This document shows positions 11,661 to 25,200 of a stretch of DNA of 64,000 bases, one piece after another. Source of the DNA: Antedon mediterranea (lineage: Eukaryota > Animalia > Echinodermata); the NCBI RefSeq assembly GCF_964355755.1, contig NC_092674.1, positions 1,364,001 through 1,428,000 of the forward strand. The letters run 5' to 3'. Both the position numbers and the translations under genes were made by a program. The notes beneath the pieces were generated by a model. The model was not told the DNA's origin, did no database searches, and saw only the letters and a program-made list of their open reading frames with translations. Position 1 is the stretch's first letter, and the number at the start of each line of letters is the position of its first letter.

Positions 11661-13263
11661 AACTTCAAACCCCTCATCAGCATACCTAAACATAAAATAG
11701 TTTTTTTAAATTTTAAAATCCTGTCAGGATCACCTCGACCACCTCTTGTAAGTGACAACCTCTATTGAACGACCACCTCCTTTAAATGGTTCTGCTAAAT
11801 GGTTCTCTGATCTTAAATTATATCCTTTCAACTTCAATAGAGTACACAATAATAATGTAATGCTTACCTAAAAATGAGGTATTTCCAAGTTTTAGCTAAT
11901 TCAGTGCAGTAATCATGATATATAAGTCTGTAATCTTTGGAAGTTGAAGCCTGACTGACTACTAACTACCATGTGCATGGTGGCCACCAGCAATGCAAAC
12001 AAAATTATGCTAGGTGGCAGCACAAAAATATGACAATTCGATTGGGACTTTTACCGTTGAGTACAGTTTTTCCGTTGGGTACTTATTTAACAGAGTATTT
12101 TAAGCGTTGACATTGTTCTTTAAAAAAAAGTTTGCGTCAATGTTTTTTATTCAAATAACTGTTTGTTCAGCACAATCTGATACCATTCGAATATAAAAAC
12201 TTTAAATTACTCAATGAATCTTATTCCGGCGCCGGAACCGGAACCTTGCCTGAGTAGGACGTGTGAAAGACGCTTTACAGAAGGACCCTAATTAATTAGT
12301 ATAAACATTATATTTATGGTGTAAAATTATTGTAAAAAGTCGCAACTCTTTATATATATGAGTCTGAGCATTTATTAATGAGTTGTCTAAAGATACTCAT
12401 TGGCATAAAACGTATAATTCATTTTACAAAATGTTAAGAAATTCATGACGTCATGTGAGTGTTTTTAAAATAATTGGTTATTCACAGTGCCCTCTCTTCC
12501 AAAATTACCGCTTCCTCCACACGTACCACCCCTATATTCGGAACACATTTGTCATGTGTTCCCTGAATAAGGGGGGTGGGGGAGTGTTTTAAAGGAGATG
12601 TGTTCTAATGTAGACGTGAATTTCTACAAACAAACACTAGAAGAGGTCTAACAACTGAAATATATTGTTATCACACTAGAAATAAATTGAAAACATCTAT
12701 AGAGAGCATCAGGGACTTTTTCATGTCTATTTTATTTATTTTATTTCAACAATATTTTACGATGATGGTCCATCCAGCCGAAGCTGATCCTTAGGGACCC
12801 TCACAGAAATACATCATTACAAGACATAAACATGTAACAATAAAAATTAAATTAAAATAAATATAATTTATAAAGATAAAATAATGTACAAACGATTTAG
12901 AATAAAAAATTAAATAGATTAAATCAATTGGCCCTCTCAGAAGAAGAGATAGGAAAAAGGAAGCAACTAAACAAGAAGATGGTTCTTGGGCAGAAATTTG
13001 AAGGAATAGTAAGATGAAGCAAGTTGGATACACCTTTAGTCTAAATATATCATATATCAACAACATTTATTTAGAAACAGTTCATGAAATAAAAACAGCA
13101 TACATTAATTATAATAACTTAAAATGGTAACATTAAATAGGATCTGTTTCAGGAATCAGAAAAAGAAGTAATTTAAAGAACTTTTCAAACACCAACCCCT
13201 AAACAAAAACAACAACAAAACTTATTTTTGTTATATAATAATACTGTGTTCTATCACAAGGGC

Positions 13264-16200
13264 CTATAGCTTTCTCTTTATGGCCTTTTGTTTCTCCTCG
13301 TCTATGATGTCTTGAACAAGTTTAGCAGCATCTTCGGCACAGCCCCATGACATGCTAACACCTCGTCCACCATGTCCATAATTATGAACAATCTACAAAA
13401 TACAAACATTATAATTCATTTACAACAAAACGTGAGGTGGCTTTCCAAAAAGCAAATTCGTTTGGTTTTATTAATTATTTCACAAAGTTAAGTAAAATAA
13501 AAAGGACCTATACTAGCAAACCTTGGTAAATTATTGTATTATGGAGACAATGATCTAAACGGGGCTTTACGGCTGAGTTTCCAAATGTGGTAAATAAATT
13601 TATAATATAAAGTATTTTTCAAGAAAACATTTCTAAACTAAAACCAATAACATATCAAAACTGGCAGTTTAAAAAAAGTACTGTTATATAAAAACTGACA
13701 TTACAGTGTTTCTATTTACTATGGGCCGGCTATAGTGAATAAAACCATAGAGGTAAAACAATCCATGATGAAACTTTGTACGTACCGGTACAATGTTACC
13801 ATCTATGTTGATGGTTTCTCGTTCAAGACGAACAGTTGGCCTGCCTGGTCGCAGTCCTACCCATTCATGATCTAATTCAGCGTGCTACGAAAAAATCATA
13901 TTTCTATTGTAAATGGGCGAATAAACTGCAACTTGCAGCCAACTGGGCTGAATTGTGCACTCCCCAGGGTCCCTTTGTGTCGAGAACTGCCACCAAATTT
14001 CACTAAAATGGTGACTCATTTGGTTACAAAATATTTTCATTGTCCTTTAATTGATTATGGGTGTGCCTTGAAGAAAGATATTCCTTGACTATGGGTCTTA
14101 ATTTCCAAGAAAAATAACTAAACAGAGATTACTAACAGATACACTTGGGAACATGTTTACAGCTCTTCTCCAAATTTCTTCCCTGTCCTCTTTATCGACT
14201 TTTAAATTCCAATTGTTCTTTTGATATTTTCCGCCAACTACAACTGTGTCTCTACTAGAAAGTGAATCAAACAAAAGTTAGAAAAACAAATTGTGTATAT
14301 TTATATATGAGAGGGAAGTCATGATTCGATCTTCATTTGATCATAAGCATGTTATTACTTATTTTAACGCCTTCCGCAGAATAGTCATCTGACTTTTCCA
14401 CCTCATCCGCTCTGCTTTTTCTCATGCTGTGAAGTTCTCCAGAGTTTCTGTCAGGTGCTATGTTCTTTATTTTCTGTAAGTTTTTATAAATGTTGTATGC
14501 ATAGTAGAAATTCTTCAATTATATCAATATTAGAATGTTGGGGATAACAGTGGCTTGTAGCCTGAATTGCACACAAGTGTTGATCAGCCTATCTAAGGAC
14601 GTCCATGCACACAAGTGTTGATCAGCCTATATAAAGACGTCCATGCACACAAGTGTTGATCAGCCTATCTAAGGACGTCCATGCACACAAGTGTTGATCA
14701 GCCTATCTAAAGACGTCCATGCACACAAGTGTTGATCAGCCTATCTAAGGACGTCCATGCACACAAGTGTTGATCAGCCTATCTAAGGACGTCCATGCAC
14801 ACAAGTGTTGATCAGCCTATCTAAAGACGTCCATGCACACAAGTGTTGATCAGCCTATCTAAGGACGTCCATGCACACAAGTGTTGATCAGCCTATCTAA
14901 GGACGTCCATGCACACAAGTGTTGATCAGCCTATCTAAGGACGTCCATGCACACAAGTGTTGATCAGCCTATCTAAAGACGTCCATGCACACAAGTGTTG
15001 ATCAGCCTATCTAAGGACGTCCATGCACACAAGTGTTGATCAGCCTATCTAAGGACGTCCATGCACACAAGTGTTGATCAGCCTATCTGAAGACGTCCAT
15101 GCACACAAGTGTTGATCAGCCTATCTAAAGACGTCCATGCACACAAGTGTTGATCAGCCTATCTAAGGACGTCCATGCACACAAGTGTTGATCAGCCTAT
15201 CTAAGGACGTCCATGCACATAAGTGTTGATCAGCCTATCTAAGGAAGTCCATGCACACAAGTGTTGATCAGCCTATCTAAGGACGTCCATGCACACAAGT
15301 GTTGATCACCCTATCTAAGGACGTCCATGTCAAAATTATTCTAATTCAGTTATTTTACTGATAGATTTAACCTGTTTATGCAATTATTTATCATATTTAT
15401 AAAATTTTTTTTATATATAATGTATTATTAATACTGTACACACCGTATTTATTTATAAACTCCGACATCAAAACAAACTAAAATAATGTAAAATCTAATA
15501 ATTTGTGTTGAGCAGCCAGTTAGCGGCGCTAATTCGTCTGTCCAATCAAAGAAATTGAAAACAAGGAACATTTAAGAATAACAACAATGTTTACCATGGT
15601 ATAATATGGAGAGATGAGCCATCATACTTAGGATCGATGTCAATTACAAAATGTTTCACCCACGGTGCCTTGACCTGAAAAAAAAAAAATTGATTGTCAT
15701 AAATTGAATAAAATAAAGTGTAGGCCTATGATTAGCAAATAGCAGTATTATAAATCTCAAACCCGTATAACCTGATCTCTGATTGGATAAACTGAATCTT
15801 AATGTGTAACTAACCCGTATAACCTGATCTCTGATTGGATAAACAGAATCTTAATTTGTAACTAACCCGTATAACCTGATCTCTGATTGGATAAACTGAA
15901 TCTTAATGTGTAACTAACCCGTATAACCTGATCTCTGATTGGATAAACAGAATCTTAATTTGTAACTAACCCGTAACCTGATCTCTGATTGGATAAATAG
16001 AATCTTAACTTGTAACTAACCCGTATAACCTGACCTCTGATTGGATAAACAGAATCTTAATTTGTAACTAACCCGTATAACCTGACCTCTGATTGGATAA
16101 ACAGAATCATCGTTCACTAGTTTGCCCGCTCCTAATCCAGAGCAATTCACTATGATATCATATTCACCAAATATCTAAAAAAAACATTTAAATAAATTAA

Positions 16201-19200
16201 TCTCTAAATTGTTATTCTCCATCTCCATAAAAGGGTCCTGTAAAAACAGAATTGTAAACTTCTTTATGCAGGATCCTTGCCATCAATTATATACTGTAAT
16301 TGTAAAGTTATAAACAATGACTAAATAAATGTGAATGAATGAATGAATTAGTCTATAGACACTATTTTCATTGACCACTCAAGCCCGTAGCCAGGATTTT
16401 ACAGGGGGTTCTTTTTTCCCAAAAAGGCCCCTCTTATGGGAATTACCTCCGGTGTAACCAGCTTATATGATTTAATATCAAACGATCAAAACACCAATGA
16501 TATTGGTCACCAGCCACAAGAGCACCCCTCTCCTAAGAGTTTCCTGCCCCAGGACCTTGGCCAAAAAAATTGGAAAAGATAGAGCACTACAGGGGCAGTC
16601 GCAGACTCGCAGGACTATTTTAAGAGAATTGCCCAAAGACTCCAGTGCTGTAGACAATGAGTATTTGAGTAAGAAAATTGTTAAATGATACCCCTACATG
16701 GTACTCTCGCACGTAAAATTCATAATAAACTGCACCTCTAGTTCAACGGAAATGTCACTCACTCTATAGTGCGCTAGCAAACAGAGGATCGTAGTATAAT
16801 GTTATTCGACCGTTAATAAAACATACGCGACTAACAATAGGCCTATAAGATAACATTTTTGTTTTCGTTCAATGCGAACGTCATATCACGGGGAAGTTCC
16901 CGATGAAGGTAGGCCTACTTCTGGTACGGTATTACATTCTAATAACTGTACTCAATTATAGTAAATTTATTAGCAATTAATAATTTTAAAAAGTTATGAA
17001 TGATGGGAAAATAACGCTATTGGTGTTGTTGGATTTGTCAGCAGCGTTTGATACTGTTGATCACCAAAGACTGATAACCCGTCTGAGAAATCGCATTGGC
17101 ATTAATGGTGTTGCTCTTAACTGGTTCCAGTCATATCTTACAGGAAGACGTCAGCTAGTCTGTATCAATGATGTATTCTCAGATGAAGCTTGCCTGGAAT
17201 ATGGTGTACCACAGGGGTCAGTAATTGGGCCTGGCCAGTTTTCCATTTATACGCTTCCCCTTGGTGACATTATTCGCAAACACAGTCTACATTTCCATTT
17301 CTATGCAGATGATACACAGATTTATGTGTCAGTAAATCCAGTGCAAAGGGATGTTGCTGCAGCAATCAGTAAGATGGAAGCCTGTATAGAAGATGTTCGC
17401 AATTGGATGACAACAAATTACCTAAAGTTGAATGATGGAAAGACAGAGTTTATTTTCGTCGGGTCTAAATGTAACATCTCCAAAATCAACATCACACATA
17501 TCAGAATCGGAAACTCTAACATCGCTCCCTCATCGGTGGTCCGGAATCTGGGAATCATGCTGGATAGTAATCTCACTATGGAAGCACAAATAACAACGGT
17601 ATCCAAAGCAGCATGCATATCGATTAGGAACCTTGGTCGTATTCGCGGTAATCTTAACAAGAAAACAGCTGAATTGATTGTACACTCATTTGTCACTTCT
17701 AAAATTGACATTGGTAATGCCTTGTTGCAAAATCTCAAATACAACGTTTGCAGCGCTTGCAAAATATGGCAGCTAGAATTGTAACTTATACAAAATCAAA
17801 CGCTCACATAACTCCTGTTCTGATGGATTTGCATTGGTTGCCTGTTCAACAACGTATTAAGTACAAACTTGCGTTGTTTGTATTTAAGATCCTAAATGAC
17901 AGTGCTCCTGCTTATTTATCTGACCTTGTGGATCGTTACGAATCATCCCGCAGAGACCTACGATCATTGTCACAAAACCTTCTTCAAGAGCGTAGAGCGA
18001 AAAATCAATGGGGTCTTTTTACGTTGCGGCCGCAAGTGTATGGAACAGCTTACCAGCAACAGTTAAATGCTCAACTAGTCTAAACAGTTTCAAGACCAAC
18101 CTAAAGACGTCGCTATTCGCTGATGTTCTCGCACGTTGTTAATGCACAAAGCGCCATGAACGCCACATGGGTGGAGGATACCGGCGCTATATAAGTTTTC
18201 ATTTATTATTATTATTATACAAAAAATATGAAGCTGCTGCTATAAATATATTGCGCAAAACGTTAAATTGTGTTATTTTCAATTAAATGCTAAATAAAGT
18301 CAGATTTTAAAACCACAATTTCAAAAATTCATTGTTTATGTATCCACTATAAACTTTAAAAAAGGGTTGTTTAAACCACACTCCAAAATAAAACAAAGAA
18401 AATTATGATATGACATTTGCAGAAGGAAGCAAACTTTGCTCTGCTACCGGTATAAGTACACGGTTCAAATTTCGGAACTTCCATAAATTAATACGGAAAT
18501 TCGGCCTAATATTTACGGACGTATGGAAGTGAAGATAAATAGGGTACTACACGCATCGGAAAAAAAACTATACGCACAATTATGATTTCGCCTAAAAATT
18601 GGCCTTAGATTATGGAAAATCTCCGGCAAAACGCAACAATTATGGACAAATCGATTATCAGCATTGGTAATATGCCGCCTAATATTTAAAAGGAATGAAT
18701 ATAAGCTATATTTTTGTTTTGTCCCAAAGTTCATATGTGAATGCTTGATCCATTAGAAGTAATCTGTGATAGTTTTTATTGCAATATAGGGTTGGTGAAA
18801 TCTGTCCACAATAGGTTACTTTTCTGTCCATAATAGCTTACTTTCTGTCCATAATAGGTTACTTTCTGTCCATAATAGGGACTAGAGGGCGCTGTTGTTT
18901 GTCCAAAATAGGTAACTTTCATAATTGGCTGTCCAAAATAGGTGACTTTTTTGTCCACAATAGGGGATTTTATTGCCAGTCCCTATTATGGACAGAAAGT
19001 AACCTATTATGGAGAGAAAGGTAACCTATTATGGACAGATTTCACCAACCCCGCTCTTTTATTGCTTGTATTATAACACAAGTTCATTTTCGATTTTCAG
19101 TAAATTACCAATGGTTTGTTTAAGGTCCACTGTAACCCTCACTATTCAATCAAAAATTATTATACTACCATTGTTGAAAAACGGATTGCGTGATGTCAAA

Positions 19201-22200
19201 ATGGATTGCGTGATGTCAAAATGGATTGCGTGATGTCAAAATGGATTGCGTGATGTCAAAATGGATTGCGTGATGTCAAAATGGATTGCGTGATGTCAAA
19301 ATGGATTGATTTAACAAAGATACGACCTTGTCTGGTATTTGTGCAGTGATGAAGCGGAGGATTGTTTTTGTAGCGTTCCATTTAAAATAAATTTTCTTGT
19401 GAAATATTTTGGTTGTGAAGGTCGCTAAATTTGTTGGCGCCAGACTTCTTTTACCAATTTTAACAATAAGCTAATAACAAAACATGGAACAATGATAAAA
19501 TGCCGTAAAACTCTGTAACTACTTTATGACTAAGTCTATCAAGGTCCGAGTTTGCTCAGCTACCGACGCGGTATAATAATTACCTGTTAATTCTGAAATT
19601 CGCCCTAATATGACGGACGTGTACGGAAATGAAGATAAAGTGGGTAAACTACACGGAAAAATAAAACTATACGCAAAACTATAATTTGGCCTTAAATTAT
19701 GGAAAAACGCAATAATGAACAAATTGACGACCCATAGGACGGGTTATTCCCGAACACAGTGTGTGTTGGCCTCCTTTCGTATACCTCTCATCAAGAGAGA
19801 GATACATCTCCCTGCTCTCGGTAAGAAAATGTGGAGTTATTTACATGTATTTGACTAATACAGTACAAATATAACAAAATATAGCAAAATAGTCAACAAA
19901 ATATTGATAATAAAATACAATCATTTTAAAGTTAATATTGTGCCTTAAAGGGGGTTATTTGATTGTCAATTGGCTGTGTTTACAAAGGGCTGCCACACAC
20001 GCTATGGCTATACCATATTATTTGGCTATACTAGAAGAGCAGCAACTGGAAAGATGACAGCACATGTTTTTCCACTGTATTTTAGTAACCAAAATGGTTG
20101 ACACTTTTCGGGGAAAAGAATCATCAAAGACAGAAGTGAAGAATCTCTTATTACATATTATTTAGGCCTACTATTAAATTTTTTTTTTTATTAACTATAT
20201 TTTTTTACATAAAAATTGATTTGTTTAATAAAAGAAACCATTTGGTTTAGCGACGTTAATTGCTGGTTTGAGGAACAGGATCGTGCAGGCGATCCGTAAA
20301 AATGATGGACTGATCGCTTTCGGAAATTCGCTTTTATTGTGTAAAAAGAGTGATGGTCACAGAGAGGAGACCTACGCAAGAAACATCAATATTAAGCAAG
20401 GAGTTCTTAATTAGAACTCCCTATGCAGTTAGGGTTAAAAACGTCATTTTTTAACCAAACCTGGAAAAAATTATTTACAAAGGATTTTTATCATCAAACT
20501 TAACATATAAGTCCCAGGGGTCACCAAAAAAAGTTCTAGTGATTTTCTCTATGGGGGAAGGAGTTATGACCTTTTATATAAAGGTCAAATCTATTTTTAG
20601 TAACGAGTTAGTACTTCATTAACCACACAGTGTAGATGCTTAATTTTAGTCTCAAATTGTTCGCAATGTACAATTTCCTATTTGCAATAATGGAATATTT
20701 TTCTAAAAAATTACCAGCAATGCTATTTCTGACCTTTGACCTTTCTTGACCGGAAGTTTCATAGCTACATAACTATTTGACCTAGAGAGTGGGTTTTGGT
20801 CTTAATTTGTTTATAATGTACAACTTTATATTTGCAGTAATGACACATTTTTCTATAAAGCAAGTAGAAATACCATTTATTGACCGTTGAACCCAATTAA
20901 CCAATATTATTCAATTATTATTAATAATATAGTTCAAGTATTAACACCGCCACCACATGGCTGTACATAGGCTAAACTTTTTGACCAATCAGGAAGCGCC
21001 ATCTAGCAGGATACATTTCAAATGTTTGTTAGAAAGAGTGCAGCAACAGCATATCAAATCGAAAAACAGTGGGCAGGTGTATGGAGTGACATAGCAATTG
21101 AACAGACCCTTATGAGACATTCAAAATCACAGGGCGGTTTGTCTATGGGCCGGATGAGGGGTACTTCAACTACAAGCGGAGCAACATACCTGCCTTGGGT
21201 ACTGACTTTGAATCATGTTTCTGAGATCCATCACCTACTAGAAGACAAAGGAAATACTCCAAACCTGCCAAACAAAGAATGCTCACAAAGTGCAATGAAA
21301 ATTGACACATCTACCTTTGGTCAAGTACTCAATTGGTTCAATGAACGTTCTCCATTTGAAGATCCACAGAATAGTAAAATCATCGTTTCACTGTCGACAG
21401 GTTTATCCACTGAACGAAGTAAATTGTGACAATTGCTACAATATAGGTCTCACCATACAGAAACAAGTAGATGCTAAACCTCTGAATCACAGAATGTCTA
21501 CACGAAACATTAAACCATTATCATGTCTACAAAAATGTGTGAAAGTTGAAGAAAAGAATGCATATGTCAACAATACAACCCTATTTACAAGACTTGTCCT
21601 TCTCAGTGAACGTGATAACTTTTCACTACGTGAAACATTAAAATATGAACTGACACCTCTACCAACATCCCTGTATGATACCTCTGAATTTTTACAGAAG
21701 CCTGACAAGGCGTCACTTGGGAACTATCTCAAAACCATATCTGAGTCAGCCAGTGTTCAAACATCAACAATCCAACCCAGTGTGTACGTTATAGATGGAG
21801 GATGGTTGATACATCAGATTCCATGGACTCCAAATTAAAAATTCCTAGATATAATTAAATCCTACAGTAATTATATCAAAAAGAATTTCCAGGCAGGAAC
21901 ACTGTAGAAGTCATTTTTTACACTTACACACATGCATCAATAAAAGACCATGAACACAAACGCAGAACAAAGATTAAATGTGCAAATTATAAGGTGTCAA
22001 CAAACCAAAGATGTATTGTCCAAAAGACACAGTTTCTTTCAAATTTGAAAAATAAGCAAGAACTAATTAACTTATTAGGATCGACTTTAGCCGAGGATGG
22101 AGTTAATGTTTACCATGCTTATTCAGCAGATGCTGACATGCTCATAGTTGAACGTGCAATACAATCAACCGAACTAAGTTCCAATATAGTGGTTGTAGCA

Positions 22201-25200
22201 GAGGACGCGGACATTTTGGTTATGCTGGTTCACTGGAATAAGGGAAATAACATCTATCTTAAAACAAAATTAACTATGTATAATGTGTTAGAAATACAAG
22301 AGAAACTACCTAAGACTGTTCTTAAGTATATAATATTAATTCATGCATTCAGTGGATGTGATAGTACATCTTCTGTGTTTGGCAAGGGAAAAGTTAAACT
22401 AGCATCAAAGCTTGAAAAAATCAGTAATCTAGAGAAAATTGATGTATTTTATTCAGACACCCCCACAAATGAGGGGATACACAAAGCAGGCATCTCATTG
22501 ATGCAACTAATGTATGGTGCTGATGAAGACATGACAACATTAAGAGTACGTATGTACTCCAAAATGGTAGCGAGGGGTAGCTTAACAATTGAGCGTCACT
22601 CTCCAACTGAAGGTGCCATCCTACAGCACTCATTGAGGGTATGGTTTCAAGTACTGGACTGGAGGAAATTAGCACATCATGAAATTGATTCCACCAAATA
22701 CGGTTCAATGGTGAACTAACACCAGTCCCAACATTAGACGAATATGCTCCTATGTCACTCTTAAAGTTTATCTGTTGTAACTGTAAATCTGGAAATGGTA
22801 ATGAGATGTGTACAACGAATAGATGTAATTGTAGAAAGAGTAAGCTTAAATGCTTAAGTGCATGTGGGTCATGTATGGGCAAATGTGAAAATGGCTCATG
22901 TAACTTTTCATTCATTTTTCTGATGAAGACACCTAGGCTTTACTGACACAGTAATAATCTGGCTAGTCTCAACAACAAAAAAATCATCAGCTTTCGTCTA
23001 AGTGACGGTGTATGTTTTAAAGAAAGTTGATTATTTGGTAAAAATAATATCATTGTACGTCTATAATTACATGTAGATTTTAAACTATTACCAATAATAA
23101 GGAATCTTTAGTAAGTAAACGACTGGGAGCAATATCCAAGTTTCGGTGTTATTACATGATGAATAATCCCCTCGCCCACCCTCAAAAACATTTAAAATGT
23201 GATTTTTTTCTCAAGTTTGGTGCTCTTTTCACATATAAGGTTAAAAGTTAATAAAACCATACTTCTTGTCACAATTGTACATAATGCTCCATTATACCAA
23301 ATAGGAACATACATGTTCTTAACAATTTGAGACCAATATGAAGATTATGCGACCAGTAGTTATTGAGATATAATAAGCTGAGGTCAAAGGTCAAAACGTC
23401 AGAAATATCATTTCTGGTCACTTTTGGACAAAATGTTTCATTATGAAGAACAGGAATATGTATCTTCTAAACAATTTAAGACCAAAACCAAGTCTCCATG
23501 ATTAATGGTTACCAAGATACAAGCATGTCAAGTTGTAAGCGGCCATTTTGAAAATGGCGCCAAAAAAAAGTTTCCCATGGGCCAAATCCTTAGAACTTTT
23601 TTTTGGTGGTATTTTAGATTCATATAAAGGTTTTCCCATAAAAATCGCTTTGTAAATAATGTTTTCTAGGTTTGGTGCTGATTTTCCCTAACTTAAAGTG
23701 GCGAACGTCCCCTACGAAAAGCAACACGTGCGCAGTGTAACTAAAATGAACTACCTTTTTTTGCGGGGCTAATACTAAAGTCAGAGACGCCAAATGATGT
23801 AAAATCACGAATTTTCTTTGCCTGGCTGACCAATGCAGGGAATGGTCCGGCATTAACCACCATGTGCCTGGCTGACCAATGCAGGGAATGGTTCAGCATT
23901 GACCACCATGTGCCTGGCTGACCAATGCAGGCAATGGTCCAGCATTGACATTGAGACTATTCAGAAATATAGTATAGGAATATCCCTGGTATAACGTCAT
24001 TTCATACTAACCTCTGACATGGAATTGAGTCTTCTTTTCACAAGATTGCCACCATTTTCTTTAAATCTAAAAGATGTTGATCAATTTTTCAATTCAACCA
24101 GAAACGATTAAATCAGATTTTTTTTAATGCATAGAATTTTCTTAAAGTCGCAAAATGTCAACATTCATTTTGGAAACAGTTGTTTGGGCTGGTACAAGAT
24201 TTGGGAGAGTTTTGGGTCTGCAGCAATAATGTGCAACTTTGTTCATTCTCGTGCTCCCTGACACATACTATGAACAAGTTATTTTGTAAAATGTAGGCAT
24301 AACTCACTTATTCAACAACCATGGTAAGTATGTTCTACCATGCACTTGAAATGATGTCAAAAGCCATCCATTGCTAAAAAGAAAAAATTAAAAAATTATT
24401 GAAACACTCACACTCACAGTGCAGTTGATTTTACTAAGTACGAAACTTTAATAAATGGTACAATAGTATAGGCCTACAGGCCAATTTAAACAGACGAGCG
24501 ATAAACATACAATGTTATTCCTTATGATGACCATTTACACACAACATTAACGCGTAGCGGACGGGTGGTACAGATTTACTTGGACAAGCTACGCGGTTTT
24601 CCGATTACGTTACCGCTCACCTGTATAAATTGGCCTGGCATTTACACAATAGTTTATTTTGTTAGATATTTTTTTCACCTGTAGTTTGGAAAAAATGCAG
24701 TCATCTCTTTCGCATCAAGCTTTCTGCAGCCATAAAACTTTTCAGAACAGTCGTCCAACTACAAAGAGAGCACACTGTAAAATAATTCCACTTTTTAGAA
24801 TTAAATTCAAATTATTGTGTTGTGGAGAAATTGCATATTCTCACCTGTTCTTGCTTATTGCTGAGATAATAACCCGATAATATTGTCACACTGGCCGCTA
24901 CTGACTCTTTACTCCGTGTAATTGATTCCAGATATTTTCCAGTCCGTAAAATCCAGTCACTTAAAGAAAAGAGTTCTTCGGTTATTCGTGGAAAATAAAA
25001 ACTTGTTGTGATCAAAAGAAGTCAATTATGTTTATGTACATTTTAACTGTACAGAGAGATTTAGATAAAAGTAAAAATAAGAAAAAGTATTTTTTTTTTC
25101 TTTAAATGATTATACTCTTTAAGTGATAGCCCTGCCTATGTACGTTTATATAATTTCAGGCTCGAAAATGTCTTGTTTATTTAAAGATGTATTGTCCACC

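Noticed and set aside
12526-12580. GC-rich hairpin (ccacccctatattcggaacaca / tgtgttccctgaataaggggggtgg) as an ncRNA or terminator
   Set aside because: Most likely a MITE remnant; no supporting RNA-gene features.
14333-14518. Exon-like or coding-like segment in the oxidase intron
   Set aside because: The oxidase frame is complete without it and I recognise no homology.
14569-15329. CRISPR-like appearance of regularly spaced repeats (also 44756-45327, 54841-55416, 60028-60725)
   Set aside because: Units are head-to-tail with no unique spacers, there are no cas genes, and the context is eukaryotic introns.
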